Positions 8,903 to 18,732 are shown, counted from the first letter of the stretch. The stretch is 64,000 nucleotides of DNA from an uncultured Candidatus Binatia bacterium (GCA_964291295.2 OZ219754.1:736001-800000), one strand, 5' to 3'. The notes: a model not told the origin generated them from the sequence alone. Numbers and translations are program-made.

Positions 8903-9787
8903 ATGTCCAGCTACCAGAACCTTCTCTACGAGAAACGGCGGTGCGGCGCGCTCATCACCCTGAACCGGCCGGAACGGCGCAACGCCCTGAGCGAAGCTCT
9001 GCTGGCGGAGCTCGACGCGGCCCTGGCGGAGGCCAGGACCGATGCCGATGTACGGGGCGTGATCCTCACGGGCGCCGGCGACTGCTTCTCCACCGGCGAG
9101 GATCTGTCCGGGGACGGCGCCCCCGAGACCGTCTGGCCCCAGGCCCTGCCGGAGGGGGTGCCGCTCTACAAGGCGTTCGACGAGGCCCGGGACAAGGAGC
9201 GCGAGGAGATCCTGCACCGGCGGCTCTACCGCTGGGAGTATCCCAAACCCATCATCGGCGCGGTCAACGGCTGGTGCCTGGGCACCGCCTCCTGGCTCGC
9301 CCTCACCTGCCACCTGACGGTTGCCGCGGACGACGCCGTCTTCGGCCAGCCTCAGGTGCGGCAGGCCGGCGGCACCGACTTTGTCTGGGTGCTGCTGGCC
9401 GGCCCCAAGAACGCCCTGCGCTATGCCCTCACCGGCGACCACGTGGACGCACAGGAGGCGCTCCGCATCGGGCTGGTGAACCAGGTGGTACCCCGGGACG
9501 CGTTGCTGGAGGAGTGCTTCCGCATGGTCGAGCGCGTGGCGCTGGTGCCGCCGGAGACGGTCAAGATCAATCTTGCCATCGCCACCCAGGGACTGGAGAT
9601 GATGGGGCTTCACAAGGCATGGCTGCTCAATGCCGAACTGAGCGCCATGGCCCGGCTCACCCGGCGCGAAGAGTTCAACCGGCGGCTGGAGGACGCCCGC
9701 AGGCAGGGCGGCCTGCGGGCCTTCTTCGAAGCCCGTGACAGACCGTTCCGGCCGGAACCGTTCGGGCCTTTCTCCAGCAAGGAATGA
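8903..9787 (+). CDS. Enoyl-CoA hydratase/isomerase family protein (paralogue of the upstream gene)
   Basis: AGGAG RBS before MSSYQNLLYEK; ITLNRPERRNAL, FSTGED, KPIIGAVNG. Confidence 0.9.
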   Translation: MSSYQNLLYEKRRCGALITLNRPERRNALSEALLAELDAALAEARTDADVRGVILTGAGDCFSTGEDLSGDGAPETVWPQALPEGVPLYKAFDEARDKEREEILHRRLYRWEYPKPIIGAVNGWCLGTASWLALTCHLTVAADDAVFGQPQVRQAGGTDFVWVLLAGPKNALRYALTGDHVDAQEALRIGLVNQVVPRDALLEECFRMVERVALVPPETVKINLAIATQGLEMMGLHKAWLLNAELSAMARLTRREEFNRRLEDARRQGGLRAFFEARDRPFRPEPFGPFSSKE

Positions 9788-9803
9788 CGCGGGGCGGAGC
9801 AGG

Positions 9804-12212
9804 TTACCTGACCGCTTCCGCTTCCTCCAAAGCGGCGATCTCCTCTTCGCTCAGGCCCAGTACGCCGCCCAGCACGTAGGCGTTGTGGGCGCCGATCCAG
9901 GGTGGCGGCAGCGCGGCGCTGGCCGCGGAGCGGGACGGGATGCCGGGCAGGCCGTGATGGGCGACACGGCCCCAGGGCGGTTCGTCCATCTCGACGATGT
10001 GGCCGCGCTCGCGCAGGTGGATGTCGTGGTAGAGCTCCTCGCCGGACATGGGAATGCCCGCCGCCACCCCCGCCTCCTGAAGACGGTGAAAGGCCTGCCG
10101 CGCGGTCCGGGTGCGGGTCCACCCGGCCACCAGGAGATCCAGTTCGTCACGGTTCCGCCGCCGGCCCCGCCGGTTGGCGAAGCGCGCGTCCCCGGCCCGT
10201 GAGCCCGCGCCGAGGAGCGCGGCCATGGCCCGCCACTCCTCGTCGGTCTCGCAGGCGATGATGACCCAGGCGTCGTTCCCGGCACAGGGGTAGCAGCCGT
10301 AGGGGGCGTAGGGCTCCCCGAGAATCTCCCGGTATCCCAGCGTCTCCCATTCGTTGCCGTTGACCGTGTAGTCGAGGATGGCGGGGCCCATCATGGCGCC
10401 CTGGGCCTCGAGCATCGCGGCCTCGATGAACTGCCCTTCCCCCGTGCGCTCCTGGTGCTCCACGGCCGCCACCACTCCCAGCGCCATGGTGATGGCGCCC
10501 ACGCGGTCCGGCCAAGCGATCTTGCAGCGGGCGCGCATGGGCGACTCCGGATAGCCCCACAGGCGCATGAGACCGGTGTAGGCCAGGAGTTGCCAACCCC
10601 ACGCCACCCACGAGCGCAGCGGCCCTTCGCGGCCCCAGCCGGGCATGGACACCTGAATGATGCCGGGGTTCACCTGGCAAAGCGACTCGTAGTCGAAGCC
10701 GAGCCGCTCCATCACCCCCACGCTGAAGTTCTCCACCACCACCTGGGAGCGTGCCACCAGGCGCCGGAACAGTTCCTTGCCCTGGTCGTGCCGCAGGTTC
10801 AGCGTGCAGCCCAGCTTGGCGCGGTTCATGTCGGCGTGGGTGGCGGCCCCGCGGCCCCGAGCCGCCACCGTGGCGGACTCGATCTTGAGCACCTCCGCGC
10901 CGTAGTAACCGAGGATCTCCGTGCCCAGGGGACCGGCGAACTGCTGCGTCAGGTCGGCCATGCGGAGCCCCGACAGCATGCCGCCGCCAGGGTCCGCCGC
11001 GGGCCGCGCCGGTGCCGGACCGGGTTCCCTGCCCTGATCGAGCTCGGCCAGCACCTCGCGCCGGTGCTGGTCCAGCAACGGCGCCGGACGGCGCACCCGC
11101 ATGGGAGTCCGGGACAGCCGCATGGGGAAGCCCGGCGCCCGGTAGCGCCCGATGACCGGGTGTTCGATCTCCTGGAGCCAGCGGCGTGCGGCCAGTTGCC
11201 CGCTCTCCACGAACTCTCCCACGGTGTTGAGGGGAGCGGCGGAGAGGTGCCGGCGCTGAGCCTCGGCCACGAACTCGTCGGCGTCGAAGCCGCCGATGAA
11301 TGCCGCCGCCACCGCGGAGGCCTGGTCGCTGCGGGCGTCGCGGTAGGTCACGTCCTCCCATTGCGGCTCGGACAGGATCGTCCCCGTCATCCAGTTCCGG
11401 GTGAACTCGCGCCACATGTGGGGCAGGTTGGCGGTGAAGTGGACGTAGCGGCCGTCCTTGCAGCGGTAGATGTTGGTCACCGCGCCGCCGTAGGTCCTGG
11501 CCCCGGGCCGGCGCCCGGTGCGGTTCTCCAGCACATGGCGTGCAATGGAGCTGCTGTTGGTGAAGGTCAAGGCCTCCTGCAGCGAGACGTCCAGGCGCTG
11601 GCCCGTGCCGCTGCGCCGCCGGTGCCGCACCCCCGCCACCGCCAGCGTCGCGGCCACGCAGCCGGCCACTTGGTAGGCCGCGTGCGACGGCGCCGTGCAC
11701 GGCCCGCGCTGGTCGTCTCCCTGGCCGTAGAGAAAGCCGCCGGCGCCGTTGGCGATGGCGTCGCTGCCCTTGTAGTGCCGGTACGGGCCGGTGCGGCCGA
11801 AGGGCGTCATGGACACCGTCACCAGCGCGGGGCAGGTCTCATCCAGCCACGCATCGGTGAACCCCCAAGCCTCCCGGCGGCCCGGCGGCGTGGCCTCGAT
11901 GAAAACGTCCGCGGACCGCAGCAGCTTCGTGAAGGTGTCCCTGTCCCGGGTCGTCGAAAGGTCCAGGACGATGCCGCGCTTGTTGGTGTTGGCGTGGATG
12001 TGGGGCAGGCCGCGCTCCAGGTCCTCGACGCCTCCGGCAAAGGGCGGAAGCGCGCGCTCGGGAGCACCGCCCGGCGGCTCCACCTTGATGACGTCGGCGC
12101 CCAGATCGGCCAGCAGCCGGCCCGCATAGGCCGCGGGCACGTCGCCGAGTTCCACCGCCCGGAGATGGCCCAGCGCGGCGGGCGGCCCGGCAACTTTCTC
12201 CGCATCGGCCAT
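9804..12212 (-). CDS. Family III (CaiB/BaiF) CoA-transferase, two fused domains
   Basis: Two repeats: LADLGADVIKVEPP...NTNKR and LGYYGAEVLKIE...NRAK, VVENFS. Confidence 0.9.
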   Translation of the reverse strand: MADAEKVAGPPAALGHLRAVELGDVPAAYAGRLLADLGADVIKVEPPGGAPERALPPFAGGVEDLERGLPHIHANTNKRGIVLDLSTTRDRDTFTKLLRSADVFIEATPPGRREAWGFTDAWLDETCPALVTVSMTPFGRTGPYRHYKGSDAIANGAGGFLYGQGDDQRGPCTAPSHAAYQVAGCVAATLAVAGVRHRRRSGTGQRLDVSLQEALTFTNSSSIARHVLENRTGRRPGARTYGGAVTNIYRCKDGRYVHFTANLPHMWREFTRNWMTGTILSEPQWEDVTYRDARSDQASAVAAAFIGGFDADEFVAEAQRRHLSAAPLNTVGEFVESGQLAARRWLQEIEHPVIGRYRAPGFPMRLSRTPMRVRRPAPLLDQHRREVLAELDQGREPGPAPARPAADPGGGMLSGLRMADLTQQFAGPLGTEILGYYGAEVLKIESATVAARGRGAATHADMNRAKLGCTLNLRHDQGKELFRRLVARSQVVVENFSVGVMERLGFDYESLCQVNPGIIQVSMPGWGREGPLRSWVAWGWQLLAYTGLMRLWGYPESPMRARCKIAWPDRVGAITMALGVVAAVEHQERTGEGQFIEAAMLEAQGAMMGPAILDYTVNGNEWETLGYREILGEPYAPYGCYPCAGNDAWVIIACETDEEWRAMAALLGAGSRAGDARFANRRGRRRNRDELDLLVAGWTRTRTARQAFHRLQEAGVAAGIPMSGEELYHDIHLRERGHIVEMDEPPWGRVAHHGLPGIPSRSAASAALPPPWIGAHNAYVLGGVLGLSEEEIAALEEAEAVR

Positions 12213-12236
12213 TCGGTGATTCCCCTGCGCCCCGCG

Positions 12237-13358
12237 CTAGACCTGGGGCTCGAGAATCTCCAGCCCGTCGAGCCGGTCGACGAGGTAGAGCATGCCGTTC
12301 TCGTCGTGGAACACGTCGTTGCTCTGGACGGTGCTCTGCCCCTTGCCGGGCTCGGGGATGTAGTAGCCCACCTCCCTCGGCTGATACGGATTGGACACGT
12401 CCACCGCACGCAGACCGCCGCTGAACCAGGTGACATAAAGCACGTTGCCGTACACCTGCTCCGCCGGCTGGTGCGCGCCGTACCGGTGGGCGGGCTCGCC
12501 GTCCAGGTCCGGGAAAAACGTGGAGATGGGAACCGGGTGTTTTTCGTCCGTGATGTCCACCACCCACATGAAGGCGTAGGGCAGGGGCGCCGCCTTCTGG
12601 GCCTCCTCGTCGGTCACCACCAGGATCTCGCGGTCCATGAGCTTCTCCGGCATGGGCAGGGTGGTGTGCGTGGGCGACGGGTAGGGCGGGCTCGTGTCGA
12701 GATGGCTCACCAGCGTCGGGCGGCTCATGTCGGAGATGTCGAGGATCACGAAGCCGCCGTGCCAGTAGCTCACGTAGAGCCGGTCGCCCCGGCGGATGGG
12801 ATGATGACAGCGGTGCATGGTGCCCGGCCAGGTCGGTTCCTCGCCGCCGGCCACCCACTGCCCCGGCATCCACCAGCGGCCTGTCTCCCGGGGGTTGGCC
12901 GGGTCGGCGAGATCCAGGATCATGCAGATGTTGCCTACGTAGCCTTCCGGAACAGGCGAGAAGTAGGCGTAGCGTCCGTCGAAGGTGAACCGGTGGACGC
13001 CCTTGGCCGACGCCTTGAAGAACGACACCTCCCGGGGTCTGGACGGATTCGCGACGTCGAACACCTTGAGGCCGCCCTGGGCCTCGCCGTTGTCCCCGTA
13101 GCGCTCGTAGTTGACGATCAACACGCCGTCACGGACCGCGGCCTTGTGGGAGTGGATCCCCGGAGGCACATCGAGACGGGCCACCACCCTGGGATGGACG
13201 GGATCGCGCACGTCGATGACGGAGGTGCCGTGGGGCGGGTCCATGTGGCCGACATAGGCGAAACCCTTGTCCACCTCGATCTTGCCGCCGCCGGGCAGGT
13301 CCATGCGCCCCACCTGCCTGATCCCGTTCGCGGTGCCGAACCGGTTGTCCGTTGCCAT
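12237..13358 (-). CDS. LVIVD-repeat beta-propeller protein
   Basis: Repeated SVIDVRDP, KVFDVANP, ILDLADP, VILDISD, AVDVSNP units. Confidence 0.85.
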   Translation of the reverse strand: MATDNRFGTANGIRQVGRMDLPGGGKIEVDKGFAYVGHMDPPHGTSVIDVRDPVHPRVVARLDVPPGIHSHKAAVRDGVLIVNYERYGDNGEAQGGLKVFDVANPSRPREVSFFKASAKGVHRFTFDGRYAYFSPVPEGYVGNICMILDLADPANPRETGRWWMPGQWVAGGEEPTWPGTMHRCHHPIRRGDRLYVSYWHGGFVILDISDMSRPTLVSHLDTSPPYPSPTHTTLPMPEKLMDREILVVTDEEAQKAAPLPYAFMWVVDITDEKHPVPISTFFPDLDGEPAHRYGAHQPAEQVYGNVLYVTWFSGGLRAVDVSNPYQPREVGYYIPEPGKGQSTVQSNDVFHDENGMLYLVDRLDGLEILEPQV

Positions 13359-13615
13359 CGCGTCTCTCCTTTCCCTCGTGTCGGATCAGGTTCTGAATGC
13401 ACGATTCGCACGGGAATGGCAATGCGAAATGACAATGATGCGGCGGTTTGCAATGATGCGGTGGTTCAGACCCGGAGGGTCATGCGGGCTTGATCCGGGT
13501 TTCGCGAGAGGAGCGGTCGAAAGGAGCGGGCAAGAGAAACGGGAAGAAAAGCGAAAGGCGGTCGGAAAAGGCAATCCGGAAAGACGCGGCGTGCGGCCTT
13601 TCACGTTGCGAGAGT

Positions 13616-13647
13616 GACCCGGGGGCGTGTCTCCACGCTCCCGGGTC
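13616..13647. terminator. Stable hairpin downstream of the RRM gene
   Basis: GACCCGGGGGCGTG-TCTC-CACGCTCCCGGGTC. No clear U-tract. Confidence 0.4.
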
Positions 13648-13720
13648 GGAAGAGCGCCCGCGCGTCCGTCACGACGGTCCGAATCGAACCGGCGACGACA
13701 GAACGGGCATGTCAGCGGCG

Positions 13721-13996
13721 CTAGCGGCGGCCACCGAAGTCGCGGCGCTGGGGCCGGGCTTCGTTCACGGTGATGGTGCGTCCTCCGAGGTCGGTCTCGT
13801 TGAGGGCGTTGACCGCGGCCGCGGCCTCGTCCGAGGTGCCCATTTCAACGAATCCGAAGCCCCGGGAGCGGCCCGTGAACTTGTCGATGATCACCTGGGC
13901 GGATTCAACCGTGCCGTGGGCCGAAAAGATCTCCTCAAGCTGCATGTCGGTTGTGGAGTACGGCAATCCGCCGATATAGAGTCTCCTGCCTTCCAT
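13721..13996 (-). CDS. RRM RNA-binding protein
   Basis: RNP2 LYIGGL, RNP1 RGFGFVEM, ITVNEARP; AGGAGG RBS. Confidence 0.95.
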   Translation of the reverse strand: MEGRRLYIGGLPYSTTDMQLEEIFSAHGTVESAQVIIDKFTGRSRGFGFVEMGTSDEAAAAVNALNETDLGGRTITVNEARPQRRDFGGRR

Positions 13997-14173
13997 CTGT
14001 TCTCCTCCTGAAAAGTTATGGCCATACACCCTGGGCGCGAACTTCAAAAGGAGTCGAACACGGTGGGATTCTCTTTCGAACCACTGTCTCGGTCGGTGTT
14101 CCTTCGAGTAGGCTTCGCAAGGTGAGACTTACGATGGTCTGTCCACGATGGGCTGTGCCAATGGGATCTGCTC

Positions 14174-14202
14174 ATGGTAGCCAATCGGTCCGGGAACGTC
14201 AA
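14174..14202 (-). promoter_or_regulatory. sigma70-type promoter of the RRM gene, giving a ~170-nt leader
   Basis: TTGACG-N17-TACCAT on the minus strand. Confidence 0.65.
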
Positions 14203-14255
14203 GCGGCGGAAGGAGTGTCCCGCTTCCGCCGCTTCCGCCTCGGATCCTGTGGAAC

Positions 14256-15287
14256 TCAGATCTTGTAGAAGTTCCGGGCGTTGTCTCCGAGGATGGCCTG
14301 CTTCTGCTCGTCCGTGAGCTCTTCGCGGTCGCGGATCTCGTCGATCTCCTCCATGCAGTTGTCCATGGTGATCTCGTGCGGAAAGTCGGAGCAGAACATG
14401 AACACCTGGTGTCCCACGCGATTCACGCAGTAGACCAGCACGTCCTCGTTGCCCTCGCATCCGATGAAGACCTTTCCGCTCCTGAAGTAGTCGAGGGGTG
14501 CCCGTTCGAGCTGCAGGCCGCCATACTCCACCTCGCGGTTCAGTCGATCGAGCACCAGCGGAATCCAGGACGTGCCGCCCTCGAGAAAGCCCACCCGCAA
14601 CCCGGGAAACCGGTCGAAGACCCCCTCCGACATCATGCCGGTCATGTGGATGGCGAGGGGGAACGGCATGCCCAGCGCGCGCGTGGCCGGAAATACCTTG
14701 AACGAGTTGAAGCCCAAGTCGCCGTAGCAGCCGCCATGCACCGCCAGTGCGCAGTCGAGCTTTTCCGCCTCCTCGTAGAGAGGCCAGAACTGATCGGAGC
14801 CGTAGTGGCGGTCGAGGCCGTTGGACGGCAGCATGGCGCACACCATGCCCAGGTCCTTGACCGCCCGGCGCAGTTCCTTCACCGAGGACGGCACGTCCTG
14901 CACCGGTATCAGCGCAACTCCCTTGAAACGGTCGCTTGCCTTGAGATACTTCTCGGACAGCCAGTCATTGTAGGCCCGCGCGTAGGCCTCCGCCCACCGG
15001 GGAAAATGCACCTGCCCGTAGGAAAGGCCGGCCGTGGGATAGAGTACCGAGGCCTCGATCCCGGTCTTCTCGAGAAATTCCATCCAGCGTTCGGGCCCCA
15101 CGGAGGCGTCGAAGATCCCCTCCGGCTCGATATGGCGGCTCCTGGGCGTGTGAAACTTGTCCAGGCTCGGCAGCATCTGGCGGAAGCTCAGATTGCCCCG
15201 ACCCAAGTATTCCGCATCGATGTATTCGTTGATCTCGTTCTCCCGCTCCATGATATGCCCGTCGGCATCGATGAATGACTGGCCCAT
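14256..15287 (-). CDS. Amidohydrolase family protein (Amidohydro_2)
   Basis: IDADGH, VHG, FLEGG, SDFPH. Confidence 0.9.
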   Translation of the reverse strand: MGQSFIDADGHIMERENEINEYIDAEYLGRGNLSFRQMLPSLDKFHTPRSRHIEPEGIFDASVGPERWMEFLEKTGIEASVLYPTAGLSYGQVHFPRWAEAYARAYNDWLSEKYLKASDRFKGVALIPVQDVPSSVKELRRAVKDLGMVCAMLPSNGLDRHYGSDQFWPLYEEAEKLDCALAVHGGCYGDLGFNSFKVFPATRALGMPFPLAIHMTGMMSEGVFDRFPGLRVGFLEGGTSWIPLVLDRLNREVEYGGLQLERAPLDYFRSGKVFIGCEGNEDVLVYCVNRVGHQVFMFCSDFPHEITMDNCMEEIDEIRDREELTDEQKQAILGDNARNFYKI

Positions 15288-15383
15288 GGCTCTCCTCCTT
15301 TCGGATTTCCGGAACCCGGACATGACGCTCCGAACCGCCCTCCTGCGAGCCCGGATGCGTGAACGGGCGCCTTGGGGGACCTC

Positions 15384-15494
15384 AGACTAGTCGTTCGCTC
15401 ATCTTGCTGTCAATGGATACATGGGTCCGGATACCCGGGTCCGGCGGGACGGCCGGCGCCGCGCGTTGACGCCCGCGCCCGAGAGCCGTAGACT
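15384..15494. promoter_or_regulatory. Back-to-back sigma70-type promoters (amidohydrolase / lnt)
   Basis: Minus strand: TTGACA-N18-TAGTCT (15413-15384). Plus strand: TTGACG-N17-TAGACT (15466-15494), 9 nt before the lnt ATG. Confidence 0.55.
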
Positions 15495-15503
15495 TCCAGC
15501 CTC

Positions 15504-17024
15504 ATGACCGGGTTCACCTCGCTGTCCGGGTTGTCGCTGCTCAGCGCCGGGCTCATCGCCTCCCCTTTCCTCTGGCCGATCCTCTTTCCTCTGACCTGGC
15601 TCGCACTCGTCCCTTTCCTGACGGCGGTCGAGGACGCCCGCCGCTGGCCTCAGGCGCTCTGCGCCGGCGCGCTCACCGGGGTCGCCACCATCACGGTGGG
15701 GTTCCACTGGCTGGTCCATACCATCCACGTGTTCGGCGGCGTCAACCACCTCCTGGCGGGACTGGCCTTTGCCCTCTTCGTCGTCTGGTCGGCGATACCG
15801 TTCGTGGTCTTCGCCGGCCTGGTGCGCGGGTGCGGGGTCGGCCCGCTGGGACTTTTCCCGCCGGCTTTCTGGGTCACCGCAGAGTTCTGGTTCCCCAACC
15901 TCTTCCCCTGGTATCTCGCCACCAGCCAGACCCTTTTCACGTCGCTGAACCAGTCGGCGGACCTTGTGGGCCACTACGGCACCACCTTCGTGCTGCTGTG
16001 GTGCGGCACCGCCCTTTACCGGCTCCTGCGCGCCCGCCGGGGCAGGGACAACACGCGGCCGGCGGCATGGTCGGCGGGCGCCGCGTGCGCCCTGCTGGCC
16101 GCCTGCGTGATTTACGGGCAGGCGCGGCTGGCGCAGATCGACAGCGCCATGAAGGCGGCCACGACGCTGGACGTCGCGGTCGTTCAGGGGAACATCTCCA
16201 TCGAGCGAAAGGGCAAAGCCGCCCATCTGAAGGCCAACCACAAGACCTACAGGGACCTGTCGGCGAGAAACACCGGAGCCGACCTTGTCATCTGGCCCGA
16301 GTCCGCATTGGAGCAATGGCTGCCGGAGGGGGCCCGGCGGGTTCCCCGGGAACTGCTTCCGGCACGCCACCCGCACATGATCCTGGGCGCCGTCAGCTAC
16401 CGGCGCCTATCCGGGAACCGCTACCGCAAGTACAACAGCGCCATCGCCACCGACCCCGCCGGAACCGTGCTGGGGCGCTACCACAAGCGGGTCCTGCTGG
16501 CTTTCGGTGAATATATTCCCCTGGCATCGCTTGCCGGCGGACTTCCCGGCATGCCGCCCATGGGCACGGGCTTCACGCCGGGCCGGGTCGAGCGCGCCTT
16601 CGTCCTGCCGCAAGGTGCGCGTGCGGCGCCGCTCATCTGCTACGAGGATCTGATGCCGGAACTGTCGCGCCGCTTCGTGCGGAACGAGCGCGCCAACCTG
16701 CTGGTCAACCTGACCAACGACGCTTGGTACGGCCGCACCGCGGCGCCCTGGCAACACGCGCGGCTGGCGCGATGGCGCACCCTCGAGACCCGCCGCGCGC
16801 TGGTGCGCGCCACCAACACGGGAGTGACCACGGTGATCGATCCCGCGGGCCGCATGGCCACGCCGCTGCCGCTGTTCGCGGAAGGGGTGCTGAGGGCGAA
16901 GGTGCCGCTGCTGGAACTGGAAACGGCATACGTGCGCTACGGCGACTGGTTTGCCTGGCTCATGACGCTTGTCACGGCAGCGGCGGCGGTGGTGCGCAGG
17001 CGGTTCATCCGCGCCCGGGGGTGA
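15504..17024 (+). CDS. lnt: Apolipoprotein N-acyltransferase
   Basis: N-terminal TM helices, VQGNI, WPESA, YHKRVLLAFGEY, ICYED, TNDAWYG, RATNTG. Confidence 0.95.
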   Translation: MTGFTSLSGLSLLSAGLIASPFLWPILFPLTWLALVPFLTAVEDARRWPQALCAGALTGVATITVGFHWLVHTIHVFGGVNHLLAGLAFALFVVWSAIPFVVFAGLVRGCGVGPLGLFPPAFWVTAEFWFPNLFPWYLATSQTLFTSLNQSADLVGHYGTTFVLLWCGTALYRLLRARRGRDNTRPAAWSAGAACALLAACVIYGQARLAQIDSAMKAATTLDVAVVQGNISIERKGKAAHLKANHKTYRDLSARNTGADLVIWPESALEQWLPEGARRVPRELLPARHPHMILGAVSYRRLSGNRYRKYNSAIATDPAGTVLGRYHKRVLLAFGEYIPLASLAGGLPGMPPMGTGFTPGRVERAFVLPQGARAAPLICYEDLMPELSRRFVRNERANLLVNLTNDAWYGRTAAPWQHARLARWRTLETRRALVRATNTGVTTVIDPAGRMATPLPLFAEGVLRAKVPLLELETAYVRYGDWFAWLMTLVTAAAAVVRRRFIRARG

Positions 17025-17041
17025 GTCGGAGGGCGGCTCCG

Positions 17042-17590
17042 TCAAGGCAGGCGGAAGCCCGCCAGCGCGTTCAGCACTTCGTCCACGGTTTCGGCGATGA
17101 GCAGCTTGTTCCGGTGCTTCTGCTTCAGGAACCCCTGTGCCACCGCATGGTCCAGGAAGCGAATCAGGTGGGCGTAGTAGTCCCGGACATTCAGAACCCC
17201 GCAGGGCTTCGAATGGATCCTGAGCTGCACCCAGGTGATCATTTCCACCAGTTCCTCCAGCGTGCCGTAGCCCCCCGGAAGCGCGATGAAACCGTCCGAC
17301 AGCCGCGCCATCAGGGCCTTGCGCTCGTGCATCGAGGCCACCACCTTGAGCTCGGTGAGGCCGGTGTGCACCACGTCGTCCAGCACCAATGCCTCGGGGA
17401 TGATGCCGATGACCTCACCGCCCTCCTCGAGCGCCGCGTCGGCCACGCACCCCATCAGCCCGATGGAGGCGGCGCCGTAGACCACGCCGATGCCGCGTCG
17501 GGCGAGCGCGCGGCCCAGTGCCGCGGCCGTACGGGCGTACTCGTCCAACGCACCCCTGCTGGATCCCGAAAAGACACAAACCCGTCTCAT
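17042..17590 (-). CDS. LOG family nucleotide phosphoribohydrolase (TIGR00730-like)
   Basis: VCVFSGSS, SMHERK, PGGYGTLEE. Confidence 0.93.
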   Translation of the reverse strand: MRRVCVFSGSSRGALDEYARTAAALGRALARRGIGVVYGAASIGLMGCVADAALEEGGEVIGIIPEALVLDDVVHTGLTELKVVASMHERKALMARLSDGFIALPGGYGTLEELVEMITWVQLRIHSKPCGVLNVRDYYAHLIRFLDHAVAQGFLKQKHRNKLLIAETVDEVLNALAGFRLP

Positions 17591-17614
17591 GCACGCACCC
17601 GGGAATGACCGCTT

Positions 17615-17938
17615 TCAGCCATTGTCGGAGACCATCCTGAGACCGATGAGGCCGGCCATGATGAGGCCGATGCACAGGAGCCGCGGCATGTCTCTCGATT
17701 CCCCGAACAGGATCATGCCGCATGCCACCGCGCCCACGGCGCCGATGCCGGTCCAGACCGCGTAGGCCGTTCCCACCGGCAGGGTCTTCACCGCCTGCGC
17801 CAGGAAGTAGATGCTCACGCCCATGGCCAGGAGCGTCCCCGCACTGGGCAACGGCCTGGAGAAACCGGCGGTGTACCTGAGGCCGATCACCCAGACCACT
17901 TCGAATACGCCGGCAATGCACAGCCAGGTCCAGCCCAT
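17615..17938 (-). CDS. sugE: SMR-family exporter, Gdx/SugE type
   Basis: [32 protein letters not shown]. Confidence 0.88.
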   Translation of the reverse strand: MGWTWLCIAGVFEVVWVIGLRYTAGFSRPLPSAGTLLAMGVSIYFLAQAVKTLPVGTAYAVWTGIGAVGAVACGMILFGESRDMPRLLCIGLIMAGLIGLRMVSDNG

Positions 17939-18078
17939 CTGTTTCCCCCGATCCCGACCCGCCTGCCCTCCTGGCATCCCGCTTTCATGGGAGCGACGGG
18001 CACGGAACCCCCGCCGCGCACGCCTCCCACGTCGAAGCGGGGATTGCGTCTCGCACGGACGACCCCGATAATAGGCGG

Positions 18079-18672
18079 GTGGTTTCCCATTCCGGCAGTC
18101 ATGCCGAGCACTGCGGCGACTGCAAGACACGTCTGCACGAGATCCTCACCGCGCTTTATCCGGGCGCGTGTCACAAGGATCCGGCGTTTCCCTGGCCCAG
18201 CAACCCGGACGCCTACCGCGGCACCCGCGTCGGCGAAGCCCTGCAACGCATCTTCGATGCACTGCGGGCCCACCGCGGCTACGGAGACTTCATACGAACG
18301 CCGCGCATGCCGCCGTGCGACTACCATATAGCAGACCCCGGATTCATTCTGGAGTTCGACGAGCGCCAGCATTTCACCCGGCCCCGGGCCATCGCCCTCG
18401 GCCTCTATCCCGCCCATCTGCGCATGGGCTTCTCCGTCCGGAAATGGCGCCGCCTGTGCGAGGTCCTGGACGCCCGGGACCCGGACCCGCCCGACCGGGA
18501 CGAGCGCCGGGCCTGGTACGACTGCCTCAGGGATCTGCTGCCGGCGGTTCACGGACTCGGACCCACCGTCCGCCTCTACGAGGGCGCCCTGCGCTGGTGC
18601 GCGTTGCGGCCGGATTCGCCCGCGGACCTCGACACCTTCAAGTCTTTCCTGGGTGGAACCGGCATAGTATAG
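18079..18672 (+). CDS. Hypothetical protein, possible PD-(D/E)xK/Vsr-like nuclease fold
   Basis: CDYH...[10 protein letters not shown] motif and RAWYD; coding-like codon usage. Start uncertain. Confidence 0.6.
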   Translation: MVSHSGSHAEHCGDCKTRLHEILTALYPGACHKDPAFPWPSNPDAYRGTRVGEALQRIFDALRAHRGYGDFIRTPRMPPCDYHIADPGFILEFDERQHFTRPRAIALGLYPAHLRMGFSVRKWRRLCEVLDARDPDPPDRDERRAWYDCLRDLLPAVHGLGPTVRLYEGALRWCALRPDSPADLDTFKSFLGGTGIV

Positions 18673-18732
18673 AGGTCGGCATTGGCGGCCGCCGACAGGA
18701 CGCGGCGGCGGAAACTTGACAAGGAGTGGCGC

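Noticed and set aside
7604-9787. 727-aa ORF as a single protein
   Set aside because: Its first 433 codons overlap two real genes in other frames. The true start is the RBS-preceded ATG at 8903.
10455-13493. Very long antisense ORFs (also 26465-29119, 50094-52175, 59175-61727)
   Set aside because: Shadow frames opposite well-supported genes, as expected in high-GC DNA; no motifs.
18050-18070. Guanidine-II-like GGACGACC hairpin
   Set aside because: It is a single copy on the strand opposite to sugE, so it cannot act as the canonical twin-hairpin riboswitch.
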